A DNA stretch of 64,000 nucleotides, taken from the human T2T-CHM13v2.0 reference genome, Homo sapiens. The notes under the pieces were generated by a model, which worked only from the letters and a program-made list of their open reading frames with translations, did not search any database and was not told where the DNA came from. The translations under genes were made by a program, and so were the position numbers. Where the stretch lies: NCBI RefSeq assembly GCF_009914755.1, contig NC_060947.1; one strand, given 5' to 3'. Positions 61,371 through 64,000 of the stretch are shown piece by piece; position 1 is the stretch's first letter; every line of letters starts with the position of its first letter.

Positions 61371-61786
61371 CCTGGAAGGGGTGGCTGGGCCTGGCTGTGC
61401 ATCACTGTGGACTGTCCCCTCTCCCTTGGCCTCTGACATCAGTCACAAAACCCATCCCCTCTCCTTCCTAAATACTTCTGTGGACTGGCAGTGTTGCTGG
61501 AAGTCATCTTGGGTGGGGCAGGGACATGGACAGTAAGAGCGGAAGGTGACCCCACATCCTTGCACCTCAAGCTGGTCTCACAATGACAATATGCGTGGAG
61601 CGGAGGAGGACTCAGGAGGTGTCTCTGACACCAAACATGGTCATGGCTGGACATGGGGTCAGAACCAGAAGTGAGGAGGCTCCTCAGTGGCCACAGAGGA
61701 AGCACCCGGGTGACTTGGGGAGTGGGACAAGGAAGTGGGTCCTCAGGGAAGCAAATGACAAGGGGACAGGAGGGGCTGTTTGCGGA

Positions 61787-61792
61787 TTTAAT
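61787..61792 (-). terminator. G6PD poly(A) signal (ATTAAA)
   Basis: tttaat on + strand, about 590 nt past the stop. Confidence 0.8.
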
Positions 61793-62382
61793 GGCAGGGC
61801 ATTGAGGTTGGGAGGGGTCCCAGCTGCTGCGTCTGCTTTTCTTATAGCAGAGAGGCTGCCTACGGGTGGCACGGGGTGGCCATGGAGTGCAGAGTTGGTG
61901 GGACAGGGGACATCCAGGGGGCTCGAGATGTTGCTGGTGACAAGGAATGTCAAGTGGCACTGAGGCTGGCGGGCAAGGCCACAGGCAGATTCTCTCACGT
62001 GGGTGCTCGCCCCTTTCCTCCCCCTTGTCCCTCCCTCCCACCCTGGCCCCACTCAGGAGTGAGACCCAGTGGCCAATAAGCTCTGGGACAGACGAATGGG
62101 CGCCCTCCTCCTTCCTTCTGTTGGGCTGGAGTGAGTGGAGGAGGTGACTCAGCTCCTGGGCTCAGGCAGGGTCTGGAGGGGCCAGGATGGTCTCGAGTGC
62201 TTGGCAGCTGAGGAATGTAGCTGGGCTCGGGTAGTAGCAGCAGCGAGGGGCGGGCCAGGGTGGCCAGAGCCCGGGGCCAGGAATGTGCAGCTGAGGTCAA
62301 TGGTCCCGGAGTCCTCCCGACTCGGGGTCGGGCGGCGGGAAGGAGGGTGGCCGTGGCGGGGGTGGAGGTGGGTGCCCAGGGC

Positions 62383-62473
62383 TCAGAGCTTGTGGGGGTT
62401 CACCCACTTGTAGGTGCCCTCATACTGGAAACCCACTCTCTTCATCAGCTCGTCTGCCTCCGTGGGGCCTCGG
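62383..62473 (-). CDS. G6PD: Glucose-6-phosphate dehydrogenase exon 13
   Basis: [29 protein letters not shown] then TGA. Confidence 0.97.
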
Positions 62474-62569
62474 CTGGAGAGTGACGGGTGGAGGAGAGGC
62501 ATGAGGTAGCTCCACCCTCACCCCGCCCCTGCCCGCTGGGCTCTGTCCCCAGCCCCCACCCTTTCCTCA

Positions 62570-62764
<195 letters not shown>

Positions 62765-62767
62765 TCA

Positions 62768-63207
<440 letters not shown>

Positions 63208-63319
63208 TCAGCACCAGCTCTCTCAGGGTGTGGACCAGTGCGTGAGTGTCTCAGTGGGAGCTCCAGTGCCCGCACACAGGGCATGCCCAGTTCTGCCTTG
63301 CTGGGCCTCGAAGGCATCA

Positions 63320-63595
<276 letters not shown>

Positions 63596-63958
63596 TCAGG
63601 GCAGGAGGAGGCCCCTGCTTGGCTCTGCTCACCCTGCCAGAGGCCCAGCTCAGGGCCCCTCCCTGAGGACCCTCCAGGACCACCCTGGTCCATCTCGAGT
63701 CTATTCTGATGAACAAGCTGAGGCCCAGAGAGGCAATGGCCTTCCCTGGTCACATAGTGACTGTCAGGCCTGGGACATGACAACTTGGGCTTCATGACTG
63801 CCAGTCCAGGTCACCTCCGGGAGGCCACGCTGTGCTCAGAGGTGGTGACTTCTCCGGGGTTGAGGACACCTGCTCTGCATGCACACCCCAGCTCAGTGCC
63901 TCGTCACAGATGGGCCTGCGACAGGGCATGCTCCTGGGGACTGGGGTGCACCCCCTAC

Positions 63959-64000
63959 CTTCTCATCACGGACGTCATCTGAGTTGGTGGAGGCGGGCTT
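63959..64000 (-). CDS. G6PD: G6PD exon 8 (partial, runs off the window)
   Basis: KPASTNSDDVRDEK|gtaggg. Confidence 0.95.

Overview
Human Xq28 housekeeping-gene cluster, identified from spliced translations. In order: the 3' end of PLXNA3 (+), then on the minus strand LAGE3, UBL4A, SLC10A3, FAM3A and the 3' half of G6PD (exons 8-13). The exons of the four complete genes join into intact CDSs of 143, 157, 477 and 230 aa. Intergenic and intronic DNA is very Alu-rich. It also holds two 7SL-derived copies, a degraded ERV1-class provirus (both LTRs, PBS and PPT visible), an LTR5-type HERV-K solo LTR, a MaLR nest, MER75 and MER2. This is a well-studied locus and I see no evidence of a wholly new biological system. 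The best leads are: (1) a perfect 61-bp duplication in the SLC10A3 5' intron that contains a complete 34-nt ATG-bearing micro-exon in frame with the CDS; (2) a U12-type intron in LAGE3; (3) back-to-back poly(A) signals between PLXNA3 and LAGE3; (4) an Alu-left-arm/7SL chimera; (5) a recent Alu-Alu tandem duplication inside a repeatedly used Alu insertion site. Repeat subfamily names are recognised from memory, not from a database search.
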